From positions 4,347 to 68,346 of the forward strand of contig CACYWZ010000005.1 in the NCBI GenBank assembly GCA_902778325.1: 64,000 bases of DNA. The letters run 5' to 3'. The translations under genes were made by a program, and so were the position numbers. Positions 53,714-62,916 of the stretch are shown piece by piece (positions within the stretch are counted from its first letter, which is position 1; every line of letters begins with the position of its first letter). The stretch is from an uncultured Spirochaetaceae bacterium. GTDB lineage: Bacteria > Spirochaetota > Spirochaetia > Treponematales > Treponemataceae. The notes under the pieces are model-generated. The model did not search any database and had not been told where the DNA came from. It was given only the letters and a program-made list of their open reading frames with translations.

Positions 53714-55801
53714 TTATTTTGCCTCCGTTTCAATTTTGTCGCCCTCGCGGCTGTCCGACGGGTCAAAGACTGCGCGGATTGCCTTTCTGTGAGCGCTTCT
53801 TCTTGACCAAGCCGCCAAGCCGAAGACTGCCACGATTATAACGAGCAAATACTGGTTAAAGATTTTGGCAAGAGCAACTGCAGCGCCGTTTCTCGCGTTG
53901 AGTGAGTTGAGCGCTGACAAGCCTTTTGTTCTCATCTGGCAGAAATCAGCGTTTCCTGAAAGATAATCGATTGCGTTTCGCACGAAGATTGCAATCGGCT
54001 GAGAGCCATCATCATCGATAAGCTGAGGGCCTGTGATTGTTGATGTCGCAGCGACAAAGATTTTGCCTTTGCGGGCGCTCTTTTTGAGGTGCGACTCTGC
54101 TTTAAGCGTGATTTCGCCTTCCTCTTCGTTTTCGCTCTCGCTTTCAACTGCGCTGTCGAAAGCGCTTTCAAAGCTGCCCTCAATCATAACCGCAAGGTTG
54201 TACGACTGCATATCTTTTTCCTCAGGTGCAATTATCATATTCGGGTTCAGGAAAATGCCTTCGCTCTTCAGCCAGGACTGCTCAGATGAATGCGCGAGGA
54301 CTGTAGCTTTCACGTCGCTCATCTCTTTTGCGCCCGAAATATCGACAGCGCCTGTCTGTAAGAAAAGAACGTATCCCAAGTTCGCGCTTATCGGGTTTTT
54401 CTGGTTCAAGCCTTTTCTCTGGAGCATTGGAACCCATGATAAATCCAAAAATCCCATTCCTTGCTGCTGAGCGCGATAGCAGTTCTTGTCAAAGACGTAT
54501 CCCTTTTCGATTTTTGCGCCATATTTTTCAAGAAGGCGCGAAAGTCCTGTCTCAATCGGCTCATAAGATGGCTGAGCGCCTCCAAAATAACTTTGCTGAG
54601 CGCCGTCCATGACTTCAAGGAACGGGTCAACAAAGAGAGCGAGGTTTCCGCCCTTGAGAACGAACTGGTCGATTTTGTAGAGCTCTGCGTCTGTAAACTC
54701 TTCTTTTGCGCCATTTATGATGAGGGTTGAAATGCTTGCTCCAATTTCGTCTTTCTTCAAGTCGATTTCTTTTAGCGTGTACATATCGCCAAGGAGGGAT
54801 TTGAACTTGCCCGCTCCCGCTTGAGAGTCGTTCAAGTCAGCTTCTCCGTGCCCTGTGACGTAGCCGATTTCCTGAGATTTTGACACGAGCGCTTTTAGTG
54901 TGTCCTGAATTGAAGACTCAAGGTCGTCCAAGCCCGCAACATCATAGCCGAAAAGGCTTCTCTGGAGCGCAAGCGGAACTGCCTTTGCACCGTCTTTGCC
55001 CTCAAGAACAAGTCCCAAAACAGCACGATATTTTTCTCCGCTTCTTGTCTGCCAAGAAAGCCCTTGAACACCGTAGGTGCTCACAAGATAATCGATTTCA
55101 TCGCTCGAAGGCTTCTCGCTTTCAAAGTCGATTCTGTTCATATTGCGTGCATTCACACTGCCATAGCTCTCGCGAACGATTTTCTCGAGTTCCGCTGTAT
55201 CGATTCCGAGGGCGCTGAGGCTGTCGCTTGCATAAAGCGTCAACTTGACTTTGCCGTTCATTCCGGCGAGGGCTGCTGTTGTCGAAACCATGTTGGCGAT
55301 TTTCGTCGTCAATTTGTATTCCAGACCGTCAGTCGAAGAAATCTGGTCAACTGTTTCGATTCTGTCTGCATAAAGAAGCACAAGACCCATCCAAGCCTGC
55401 TTGAAGCCGACTTCATTGTTCTTGACTTCCTGAATCTGAATCTGTCGCAAGTTATATTTTTGAGCCATTTCCTGATTTTCAGGATTTTCCATATCATAAA
55501 ACTCAAACGAGAACTTGCCGTCGCTTGCGCCCTTGTATTCAACGAGCAAGTCACGAACATACTGCTCAACGCTGTTGTATGGAGCCGGCAGATTTTGCGT
55601 GAAGAACACTTTCGCCGACAAGTTTTCTTCGAGGGTGCGAACGCTCTCACGGCTCGCAGGCGACAGTGAATATGTTTTGTTTTGTGTAAGGTCGATTCTC
55701 AAAAACGCGCGCGAAGAAACGAGATTGGCAAGAACAAGCACAATCACAAAAAGAGCGAAATCGCTTGCGGGATTTTTGAGCCATCTGATGATTTTTTTCA
55801 T
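53714..55801 (-). CDS. GldG-like ABC-type uncharacterised transport auxiliary protein
   Basis: RIDLTQNKTYSLS, IGYVTGHGE and IDQFVLKGG motifs. Confidence 0.85.
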   Translation of the reverse strand: MKKIIRWLKNPASDFALFVIVLVLANLVSSRAFLRIDLTQNKTYSLSPASRESVRTLEENLSAKVFFTQNLPAPYNSVEQYVRDLLVEYKGASDGKFSFEFYDMENPENQEMAQKYNLRQIQIQEVKNNEVGFKQAWMGLVLLYADRIETVDQISSTDGLEYKLTTKIANMVSTTAALAGMNGKVKLTLYASDSLSALGIDTAELEKIVRESYGSVNARNMNRIDFESEKPSSDEIDYLVSTYGVQGLSWQTRSGEKYRAVLGLVLEGKDGAKAVPLALQRSLFGYDVAGLDDLESSIQDTLKALVSKSQEIGYVTGHGEADLNDSQAGAGKFKSLLGDMYTLKEIDLKKDEIGASISTLIINGAKEEFTDAELYKIDQFVLKGGNLALFVDPFLEVMDGAQQSYFGGAQPSYEPIETGLSRLLEKYGAKIEKGYVFDKNCYRAQQQGMGFLDLSWVPMLQRKGLNQKNPISANLGYVLFLQTGAVDISGAKEMSDVKATVLAHSSEQSWLKSEGIFLNPNMIIAPEEKDMQSYNLAVMIEGSFESAFDSAVESESENEEEGEITLKAESHLKKSARKGKIFVAATSTITGPQLIDDDGSQPIAIFVRNAIDYLSGNADFCQMRTKGLSALNSLNARNGAAVALAKIFNQYLLVIIVAVFGLAAWSRRSAHRKAIRAVFDPSDSREGDKIETEAK

Positions 55802-55804
55802 TTT

Positions 55805-56518
55805 TTAGCCTCTCATTCCGTTTTGAATTGATTTGACAGTAAGACCGAAAAACACCGCCGTTACCGAAAGGAAGTACAGCAAATCTCTCGTGTCGATAAT
55901 TCCACGCGAAATTGAATCAAAGTGAGCCGTCGCCGAGAAGAACGAAAGCACGCTTACAACAGGAGATGGGAAAAGAACGAGGAAAGCCGACACAAAAGAC
56001 AAAAGCGCGCACACTGCAAAAGCAATAAAGAACGCGATAATCTGGTTTTTCGTGAGCGAAGAAGCAAAAAGCCCGATAGAAGTGAAGGCGGCTGTCAAGA
56101 AAAGCGCTCCAAGATAGCCGCCGATAACAGGGCCTGCATCAATTTTTCCAAAAGATGCCGCAGTCACAACATAGAAAAGCGTCGGAACAAAAAGACTTGC
56201 TGAAGACAAAAAGCCCGCCGCAAACTTTGCCGTCACGATTTCAAGCGGAGTCACGGGAAGAGTCAAAAGCGTCTCGAAGCTGCCGATGCGCTTTTCTTCG
56301 GCGAAAAGCCTCATCGTGATTGCGGGAACAAAAAACGAAAGCAAAACCGGCAGTATTGAAAAGAAGTTTCTCAGTTCTGCGCGATTCGCCAAAAAGAATG
56401 TTGAGAAGAACAAAAGCCCCGAACAAATCAAAAACAAACAAAGCGTGATATACGCAATCGGACTTGAGAAAAAAGCGCAAAGTTCGCGCTTTGCCATAAC
56501 TTTTGCCGATTTTGTCAT
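55805..56518 (-). CDS. ABC-2 permease (GldF-like)
   Basis: RELCAFFSSPIAY, MRLFAEEKRIGSFETLLTLP and HFDSISRGIID motifs. Confidence 0.88.
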   Translation of the reverse strand: MTKSAKVMAKRELCAFFSSPIAYITLCLFLICSGLLFFSTFFLANRAELRNFFSILPVLLSFFVPAITMRLFAEEKRIGSFETLLTLPVTPLEIVTAKFAAGFLSSASLFVPTLFYVVTAASFGKIDAGPVIGGYLGALFLTAAFTSIGLFASSLTKNQIIAFFIAFAVCALLSFVSAFLVLFPSPVVSVLSFFSATAHFDSISRGIIDTRDLLYFLSVTAVFFGLTVKSIQNGMRG

Positions 56519-57462
56519 TTGTCGCCTCCCGCTGTAATTTCGTGAAAGATATCCTCAAGGCTGTTTTTCTTCATTGAAAGTTCATAGAGTTTCCAGCCCT
56601 TTTCAGTAACAATCTTTGCAATCTCAGGTCTGATTTCAACATCTCCCTCGATGCTTGCCATCACAGAAACAGCGCTTTCATCACTATCGATTTTCTCGGC
56701 GTCGCTTGAAAGAATGACGCTTGCGACACCGTTTGCCTCACAAAGAGCGCCAGTGATTTCATCAATCGAAGCGCCTCCGATTGTCGCAAGAACAGCCGCT
56801 TTGTGACCATAGCGCTCTTTTAGAGCCGCAGTAGAACTGTCCGCTGCGATTTTTCCGCGCGAAATAATGATAACGCGGGAGCACATCATCTCGACTTCGC
56901 TCAAAATATGCGTTGAGATAATGACAGTGCGGGTTTTTCCGATTTCCTTGATTAACTCGCGGACCTCAACCGCCTGATTCGGGTCAAGACCGCCCGTAGG
57001 CTCGTCAAGAATTAAAATCTCAGGGTCGCTCATAAGAGCATGCGCAAGACCTACTCTCTGACGGTTTCCGCGAGACAAGTCGCCGATATTCTTGTGCATG
57101 ACCTCTTTCAAGCCGCACTCTTTTGCAAGAAGAGCAACTTTCTTTTCGTCCTGTCCCTGCATTTTTGCAACATAAAGAAGATAGTCATAAACAATCATAT
57201 CAGGATAAAGAGGAGCGCTTTCGCTCATATAACCGATTTTTGACTTGGCAAGCACACTGTTTTCAAGAATGTTTTTGCCGTCGATTTTGATTTCACCAGC
57301 GCTTGGCTCAAAGTAGCCTGCAATCATACGCATCGTCGTGGTTTTGCCCGCGCCGTTTGGCCCCAAAAGACCGACAATTTCGCCAGTCTTTATAGAAAAA
57401 CTAATGTCGTCCACAGCACGGAATTCCCCGAAGAAGCGGGAAACGTGCGATACATCAATCAT
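56515..57462 (-). CDS. ABC transporter ATP-binding protein (GldA-like)
   Basis: GPNGAGKTT, LSRGNRQR and DEPTGGLDP motifs. Confidence 0.92.
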   Translation of the reverse strand: MIDVSHVSRFFGEFRAVDDISFSIKTGEIVGLLGPNGAGKTTTMRMIAGYFEPSAGEIKIDGKNILENSVLAKSKIGYMSESAPLYPDMIVYDYLLYVAKMQGQDEKKVALLAKECGLKEVMHKNIGDLSRGNRQRVGLAHALMSDPEILILDEPTGGLDPNQAVEVRELIKEIGKTRTVIISTHILSEVEMMCSRVIIISRGKIAADSSTAALKERYGHKAAVLATIGGASIDEITGALCEANGVASVILSSDAEKIDSDESAVSVMASIEGDVEIRPEIAKIVTEKGWKLYELSMKKNSLEDIFHEITAGGDK

Positions 57463-57694
57463 TAAAATTCCTCCATAATTTTGTACTCTTTGATTGGATT
57501 TTCATCGTAGCGATAACGCAAAAAAGCGTCAATATACGCGTTTTTTCTATCCTAAAAAACATATAAATATTGATTATGTAACTACCTCTCTTTTGAAAAA
57601 ACAACGTTCGGGTAAAAAACTATTAACAGTATTTGCAAGAGTCTGTCTTTTCGGATAATATGAGACAAGTAATACCAATAAAGAGGTTTGAGAT

Positions 57695-59056
57695 ATGATT
57701 TTCTCTCCGACAGAAATACAGGAAACTGTGAATATGTTTATGCGGCAGAAACTTGATGTTCGCTGCATCACGATGGGCATTTCGCTTCTTGACTGCGCGG
57801 ACGCGGACGCAAAGGTCGCCTGCCGCAAGATTTATGACAAGATTATGCGCTACGCAGGAAATCTTGTGCGCGTTGGTCAGGACATCGAAAAAGAGTTCGG
57901 CGTTCCGATTATTAACAAGCGTATTTCAGTTACCCCGATTGCGCTTGTCGCAGGCTCTTCTGGTGAAAAGAGTTATGTTGAATACTGCCGCACCCTCGAC
58001 AAGTGCGCCAAGGAACTCGGAGTGAACTTCATCGGAGGCTTTTCGGCTCTCGTTCAAAAGGGTATTACAAAAGCAGACCGCATTTTGATTGAGTCTATCC
58101 CTGAAGCTCTCGCTGTCACGGACAATGTTTGCTCAAGTGTCAACGTTGGCTCTACAAAGTCTGGCATCAACATGGACGCTGTAAAGCTCATGGGCGAAAT
58201 CATCAAAAGAACAGCAGAAGCGACAAAGAACTGCGAGGTGAACGGCTGCTCAAAGCTCGTCGTCTTCACAAACGCTCCAGAGGACAATCCGTTTATGGCA
58301 GGCGCTTTCCACGGGCCTGGAGAAGGAGACGCTGTTATCAATGTTGGCGTTTCAGGTCCTGGCGTCATTTTGGCAGCGGCGCGTGAGTTCAAAGGAAGAC
58401 CGATTAACGAGCTTGCTGACGGTATCAAGAAGATGGCGTTCAAGATTACAAGAATGGGACAACTCGTCGGCTCTGAGGCTGCAAAGCGTCTTGGCGTTGA
58501 CTTTGGTATTCTTGACCTTTCTCTTGCGCCAACGCCTGCCGTCGGCGACAGTGTTGCGCGTATTCTCGAAGAAATCGGTCTTGAGGGCTGTGGCGCTCCT
58601 GGAACGACAGCGGCGCTTGCTATGCTCACGGATATGGTGAAAAAGGGTGGCGTTATGGCTTCAACAAACGTCGGAGGTCTTTCTGGCGCGTTCATTCCAG
58701 TGAGCGAAGATGAGGGCATGATTAACGCTGTAAAGCAAGGCTCTATCTCAATCGAAAAGCTCGAAGCTATGACGACGGTTTGCTCTGTCGGCTTGGATAT
58801 GATAGCGATTCCGGGAGACACAAGCGCAACAACAATCTCTGGCATTATGGCAGATGAGATGGCTATCGGTATGGTCAACAACAAGACAACAGCTGTCCGC
58901 CTTATTCCAGCACCGGGAAAGAAGGTGGGCGACTGGGTCGAGTTCGGTGGCCTGCTCGGAGGCTGTCCTGTTATCGATGTCAATCGCTTCAGTTGCGCTG
59001 ACTTCATCAACCGCGGTGGAAGAATCCCTGCTCCAATCCACTCATTCAGAAACTAG
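57695..59056 (+). CDS. UPF0210 (DUF711, PFL-like family) protein
   Basis: [34 protein letters not shown] and [12 protein letters not shown] motifs. Confidence 0.88.
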   Translation: MIFSPTEIQETVNMFMRQKLDVRCITMGISLLDCADADAKVACRKIYDKIMRYAGNLVRVGQDIEKEFGVPIINKRISVTPIALVAGSSGEKSYVEYCRTLDKCAKELGVNFIGGFSALVQKGITKADRILIESIPEALAVTDNVCSSVNVGSTKSGINMDAVKLMGEIIKRTAEATKNCEVNGCSKLVVFTNAPEDNPFMAGAFHGPGEGDAVINVGVSGPGVILAAAREFKGRPINELADGIKKMAFKITRMGQLVGSEAAKRLGVDFGILDLSLAPTPAVGDSVARILEEIGLEGCGAPGTTAALAMLTDMVKKGGVMASTNVGGLSGAFIPVSEDEGMINAVKQGSISIEKLEAMTTVCSVGLDMIAIPGDTSATTISGIMADEMAIGMVNNKTTAVRLIPAPGKKVGDWVEFGGLLGGCPVIDVNRFSCADFINRGGRIPAPIHSFRN

Positions 59057-59077
59057 TTTTCTTGCATAAAAAACATT

Positions 59078-59115
59078 CAGGCTCATTAAGCGAACTTAAT
59101 GAGCCTGTTTTTTTT
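59078..59115. terminator. Bidirectional terminator
   Basis: Perfect 13-bp stem CAGGCTCATTAAG-cgaa-CTTAATGAGCCTG followed by a T-run. Confidence 0.88.
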
Positions 59116-59152
59116 CTATAAAGCCATCAATTACACTCAATGGCTCCTTTTT

Positions 59153-59977
59153 TTAAGCGAATCTCTCTTGAAGTTTGTGCTGAGTGCGCTCGCAAACAAG
59201 ACGCACACCTTCACGCGAAAGCCCTGTCATTGCCCCTATTTTTGAAAAAGAAGCACCATACATTGCATGAAGCAAAAAACATTTTCTATCACGCTCAGAA
59301 AACGAAGTCATAGCGCTTCTGATTTCGCGCACCGCTTCATTATTAACAGCCACTTCTTCCACAAAAGAAGAGCTTTCATCACAAATAGTTTCCCCGAACT
59401 CAAGCGTTTTTCCGTCGCTTGAGCTAACAGGCTCTTCAAAACTCGTGCAAGAAGCGCCAGAGCGCAAAAGCATGCGAGCCTTCTTCACGTTCATATTTGC
59501 AATACGAGCCGCTTTTTCCGAAAGGATTTCAAAAGAACTCTCTTTCTCCGATTCCTCTGCGACTGTAACAAGCGCCTTTTTTATGCGGGAAAGGTCAGCA
59601 GCAGCATCACAAGAGAACGAAAGCGGATGAGAAGCAGAAAGAAATTTGCGGATTTCTGTTCGAATATAAGGGTCTGCAAACGTAATAAATCGAAATCCCT
59701 TTTCAGGCTCAAAGCGATTTGTCTTAACAGCGCGAGCAAGACCAGCAAGGGCTTCCTGAATAATGTCGTTGTTGTCAATATCGGCTTTGAAGTAAGAGCG
59801 TGCAACCTTCAAGGCATAGCGCATATTTGACTTTACGAGAAGCTCACGCGCCTTTTGGTCGCCTTTCTTTGCGGCAATAGCGGTTTTTCGCTCTTCCTCG
59901 CGAGAAAGAATAGCGATTGAATCAAGGCTTTTTACGAATGCTGAAAATTGTGAAGAGGATTTGTCAGAATGTTTCAT
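59153..59977 (-). CDS. Diverged sigma70-family RNA polymerase sigma factor
   Basis: Region 1.2 (LSREEE...GDQKARELLVKSNMR), 2.2 (DIIQE), 2.3 (FEPEKGFRF) and a region 4 HTH; no region 1.1. Confidence 0.85.
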   Translation of the reverse strand: MKHSDKSSSQFSAFVKSLDSIAILSREEERKTAIAAKKGDQKARELLVKSNMRYALKVARSYFKADIDNNDIIQEALAGLARAVKTNRFEPEKGFRFITFADPYIRTEIRKFLSASHPLSFSCDAAADLSRIKKALVTVAEESEKESSFEILSEKAARIANMNVKKARMLLRSGASCTSFEEPVSSSDGKTLEFGETICDESSSFVEEVAVNNEAVREIRSAMTSFSERDRKCFLLHAMYGASFSKIGAMTGLSREGVRLVCERTQHKLQERFA

Positions 59978-60115
59978 ACATCAAACTCTGGGGATTCAAA
60001 AAACAGAAACGTAACACTTTTTTCTAACCTTTTTTTGACAATAGGCATAAAACAGAGTTTGAAAGAAAAAACACCTGACAAAATTAGCGAAACAATGCCT
60101 AAAACACTATTGTTT

Positions 60116-60970
60116 TCAGCATACGCCCAAAATGTGCCTTTCCATACTATCGCGCACAACACAATTGTTGTCGATATGCGACAAATATGATATCATCAAC
60201 TCATTCTCTGGAAGAATGTAGCATTTTTGTCCCCACTTGCCGTTTATGCTTACTCCATCGCGATATTTCCACAAAAAATAGCCATAGCCGCCCTCTCGGT
60301 TCATCTGCTGTATCGAAGTCGCTCTTTTTATATAATCCGCTGACACAATCCGCTTTCCGCCGTAAGTGCCACCAGAATAAATCACAAGAGCGATTTTGCT
60401 CAAAGACGAAACAGACAACTCCATTTTTGACGCGCCATAAAAATATCCCTCAGGACTTTTCTTGTAGCTAAAATCCGTAATTCCAAGCACCTTGAAAATG
60501 TTTTCTTCTATAAAAGTCCCGACATCACAGTCAAGCGCGCCCGCCAACGCCACTCCAGCAAGATATGCGCTGTTGTTCGAGTAGTTGAAAGCCTTTTTTG
60601 CAACAACAGGAAAAGAGAGCGCATAGTCAAGATAGTTTTCGCTTTCAACTTGAAACGGCAAGGCAGAAACAGACATACACATCAAATCGTGAAGCCTGAT
60701 TTTTTTGTACGCTTCAAGGCTTTCCCCGCTCATCTTTGAAACATTAACTCTCGGAAGATAATCCAAAACACAATTATTCACGTCAATCAGTCCCCTGTCG
60801 ACAGCAATCCCTATTGCCAACGACAACACAGTCTTTGTCGCAGAATAAATATTGTGCTTTTCTTTTGTGTCGCCATACGAGTGCGCCAATTTTCCTGCTT
60901 TGTACACCTCGACACCGTAGACATTCCACTCATTCTTTTCAATATCCGAAACAAAAGCCTCAAAATCCAT
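60116..60970 (-). CDS. Serine hydrolase (beta-lactamase class C-like)
   Basis: SATK (SxxK), YSN (YxN) and GKWGQ motifs; SD ggagg before the ATG at 60970. Confidence 0.85.
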   Translation of the reverse strand: MDFEAFVSDIEKNEWNVYGVEVYKAGKLAHSYGDTKEKHNIYSATKTVLSLAIGIAVDRGLIDVNNCVLDYLPRVNVSKMSGESLEAYKKIRLHDLMCMSVSALPFQVESENYLDYALSFPVVAKKAFNYSNNSAYLAGVALAGALDCDVGTFIEENIFKVLGITDFSYKKSPEGYFYGASKMELSVSSLSKIALVIYSGGTYGGKRIVSADYIKRATSIQQMNREGGYGYFLWKYRDGVSINGKWGQKCYILPENELMISYLSHIDNNCVVRDSMERHILGVC

Positions 60971-61062
60971 ATTTTCCTCCTTTTTTCTTGTACAAAAAAT
61001 TATATCAAAACGACTCTTAATTCGCAAAGAAAAACAAAGCCCTTCCCGCACAGGAATTTTTC

Positions 61063-61164
61063 CGTAGAAGAGACCCTTCGGTAACGCGTAGAACACACCC
61101 TTCGGTAACGCGTAGAATAACACCTTCGGTAACGCGTAGAAGAGACCTTTATTCTACGCGTTGC
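61063..61164. repeat. 24-bp tandem repeat x3.5 plus one inverted copy
   Basis: CGTAGAA-nnnn-CCTTCGGTAACG at 61063, 61087, 61111 and 61135; inverted TTCTACGCGTT at 61152. Confidence 0.92.
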
Positions 61165-61317
61165 GCAAAACTCGCGCTAAGCAAAGAAAGAGAAAAAGGC
61201 AAAAAAATAAAAAAAAATAGGGATTTTTGTTTTTTTTCGCACTAGTAATTATGTACGGTTTTTCGTGAAACGAAAGACGTGCAAAATCTAGAAAGCCTTT
61301 TTGGAGGAAAAGCGAAA

Positions 61318-62073
61318 ATGGCAAAAAATGAATTGACTCTCACAGGAGAAGAAATCGAGTCAGCGGTTAGTGCGATGTTCAAGAAGAACTATCTTCCTGG
61401 TCGGGATTTTTATGTCCAGATTGACAAGCGGTTCGTGTCATACAAAGGCGAATTGCAGTCAATACAAGATGACCAAAAGGGTGTCGACATCGGCAACTTG
61501 AACTATAACCTTGGCATTTATCAAGACAAGTTGCTAACCCTTTTGAGTCAAGGATATTCGGTGAAGATACTTGATTTATTGATTATCTCCCCTGTTGTGC
61601 GAGGGTCTGTGAAGTCCATTTCCGAAGCAAAATCGCAACGAGTGTTCACAGTGAAAATCACACCTCTCCCGCTTTTGCTTGATAGTGTGAAAAACCTTTC
61701 GATAAGCGACATAAAAGTCGCAGAGAAAAAGGTTTTAATCTCTCAAATTCTAGGACTTGAAGACCTTGAAGGCGCTCTTGTCGCAGGGAAAGCGGCAAGT
61801 GTGAGAGGCGATAATCTCAAACTTGGAGCAGAGGGAAGCGGAGTGTATTTTGCACCAGTGGGCGACGACGGAAAAGAGAGCGAAGACAGAGAAAAATGGA
61901 TAAAAGTCGAAAAGGTTCTTAGAAACGTTAACTCTGAACTTCTTGTGATTTTGCCAAACACGTTGAAAGAAGGAAAATATATCGTTATCATCGAAACTCT
62001 TTATTCATCGAAGGGAGTTCGCAAAATCCCTCTAATCGGAAAGAGCGAAATTGTGGAAGTCAAAGGCGAATAA
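61318..62073 (+). CDS. HU-like/DUF4469-type DNA-binding protein
   Basis: HU-like N-terminus; C-terminal GVYF...RN.NSELLVILP..L.EG.Y.V.IET.YS immunoglobulin-like pattern. Confidence 0.68.
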   Translation: MAKNELTLTGEEIESAVSAMFKKNYLPGRDFYVQIDKRFVSYKGELQSIQDDQKGVDIGNLNYNLGIYQDKLLTLLSQGYSVKILDLLIISPVVRGSVKSISEAKSQRVFTVKITPLPLLLDSVKNLSISDIKVAEKKVLISQILGLEDLEGALVAGKAASVRGDNLKLGAEGSGVYFAPVGDDGKESEDREKWIKVEKVLRNVNSELLVILPNTLKEGKYIVIIETLYSSKGVRKIPLIGKSEIVEVKGE

Positions 62074-62301
62074 ACAAAGAAAAAAAAAGGCGTTAGAAAA
62101 AGTATACTGAAATAAGATACTGTCATTTTGAGCGGAAAACGGCGATTAGCCGTTTGGAGTCGAAAAATCTACAACAACATTGTTTTCATCGTTTTCTTTG
62201 AAACGCAGATTCTTCGACTACATTCGCTTACGCTCATTTCGCTCAGAATGACAATAATTGTGGAAGTCAAAGGCGAATAAACAAAGAAAAAGAAAAGCGT
62301 T
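62049..62301. repeat. 46-bp direct repeats (62049-62094, 62256-62301) bracketing a REP-like element
   Basis: AATTGTGGAAGTCAAAGGCGAATAAACAAAGAAAAA...GCGTT; 2 mismatches. Confidence 0.9.
62121..62253. repeat. Composite palindromic REP-like element, sister of 22323-22458
   Basis: Same TGTCATT.TGAGCGGAAAACGGCG...GGAGTCGAA.AATCT left arm and AGATTCTTCGAC...TTCGCTCAGAATGACA right arm; unrelated central spacer. Confidence 0.88.
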
Positions 62302-62337
62302 TCGTGTATAATATGAAAAACGATACAGGAGTTTTTT

Positions 62338-62850
62338 ATGGCAATGAAAGAAATCCAGCCAGAAAACATCAAGGATAACGTGTTTTCGCTTATTGGAAAA
62401 GATTATTTTGCAGTTACGGTGCAGGGAGAATCGCGTGTCAACGCAATGACAGCGAGTTGGGGAGGACTTGGAGTCCTTTGGAACAAGAACGTTGCGACAA
62501 TTTATCTTCGCCCTTCACGCTACACAAAAGAATTGCTTGATGCAGGCGAGGAATTCAGCCTTTGCGTTCTGAACAGCAAGGCAAAGAACCGCTACGATTA
62601 TCTTGGAAGCCACAGCGGACGAGATGAGGACAAACTTCTCATTTCAAAGCTCAAAGTGAACTATATGAATGATGTTCCGTGGATTGACGAGAGTCGCCTT
62701 GTTCTTTTTTGCCGAAAGCTCTACTCGCAGGAACTCGGCGCGTACAACTTCACAGACGAGAAAGTGTTGAAGCAGAATTACCGCAAGGACGATTTCCACA
62801 CGATGTATATCGCTGAAATCACGAAGGTTCTTGTTGACACAAAAGCCTAA
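62338..62850 (+). CDS. Flavin reductase-like (FMN-binding split barrel) protein
   Basis: NAMTASWGGLG.LWNK...RP.RYT..., GSHSGRDEDK and FHTMYIAEI motifs. Confidence 0.85.
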   Translation: MAMKEIQPENIKDNVFSLIGKDYFAVTVQGESRVNAMTASWGGLGVLWNKNVATIYLRPSRYTKELLDAGEEFSLCVLNSKAKNRYDYLGSHSGRDEDKLLISKLKVNYMNDVPWIDESRLVLFCRKLYSQELGAYNFTDEKVLKQNYRKDDFHTMYIAEITKVLVDTKA

Positions 62851-62856
62851 AGACAC

Positions 62857-62891
62857 AAAAAAACGCTGCTGTTACGGCAGCGTTTCTTTTT
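62857..62891. terminator. Bidirectional terminator
   Basis: A7-CGCTGC...GCAGCG followed by a T-rich run. Confidence 0.75.
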
Positions 62892-62916
62892 TGTCATTCA
62901 AAATCTATCGAAAATA

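Noticed and set aside
59974-60162. 62-aa hydrophobic ORF coupled to the sigma factor (possible anti-sigma)
   Set aside because: It overlaps the hydrolase 3' end by 47 nt, has a GTG start without SD and no recognisable motif; support is insufficient.
60971-61123. N-terminal extension of the serine hydrolase (FYALPKGV repeats)
   Set aside because: It is the 24-bp array read in frame; the SD supports the ATG at 60970.
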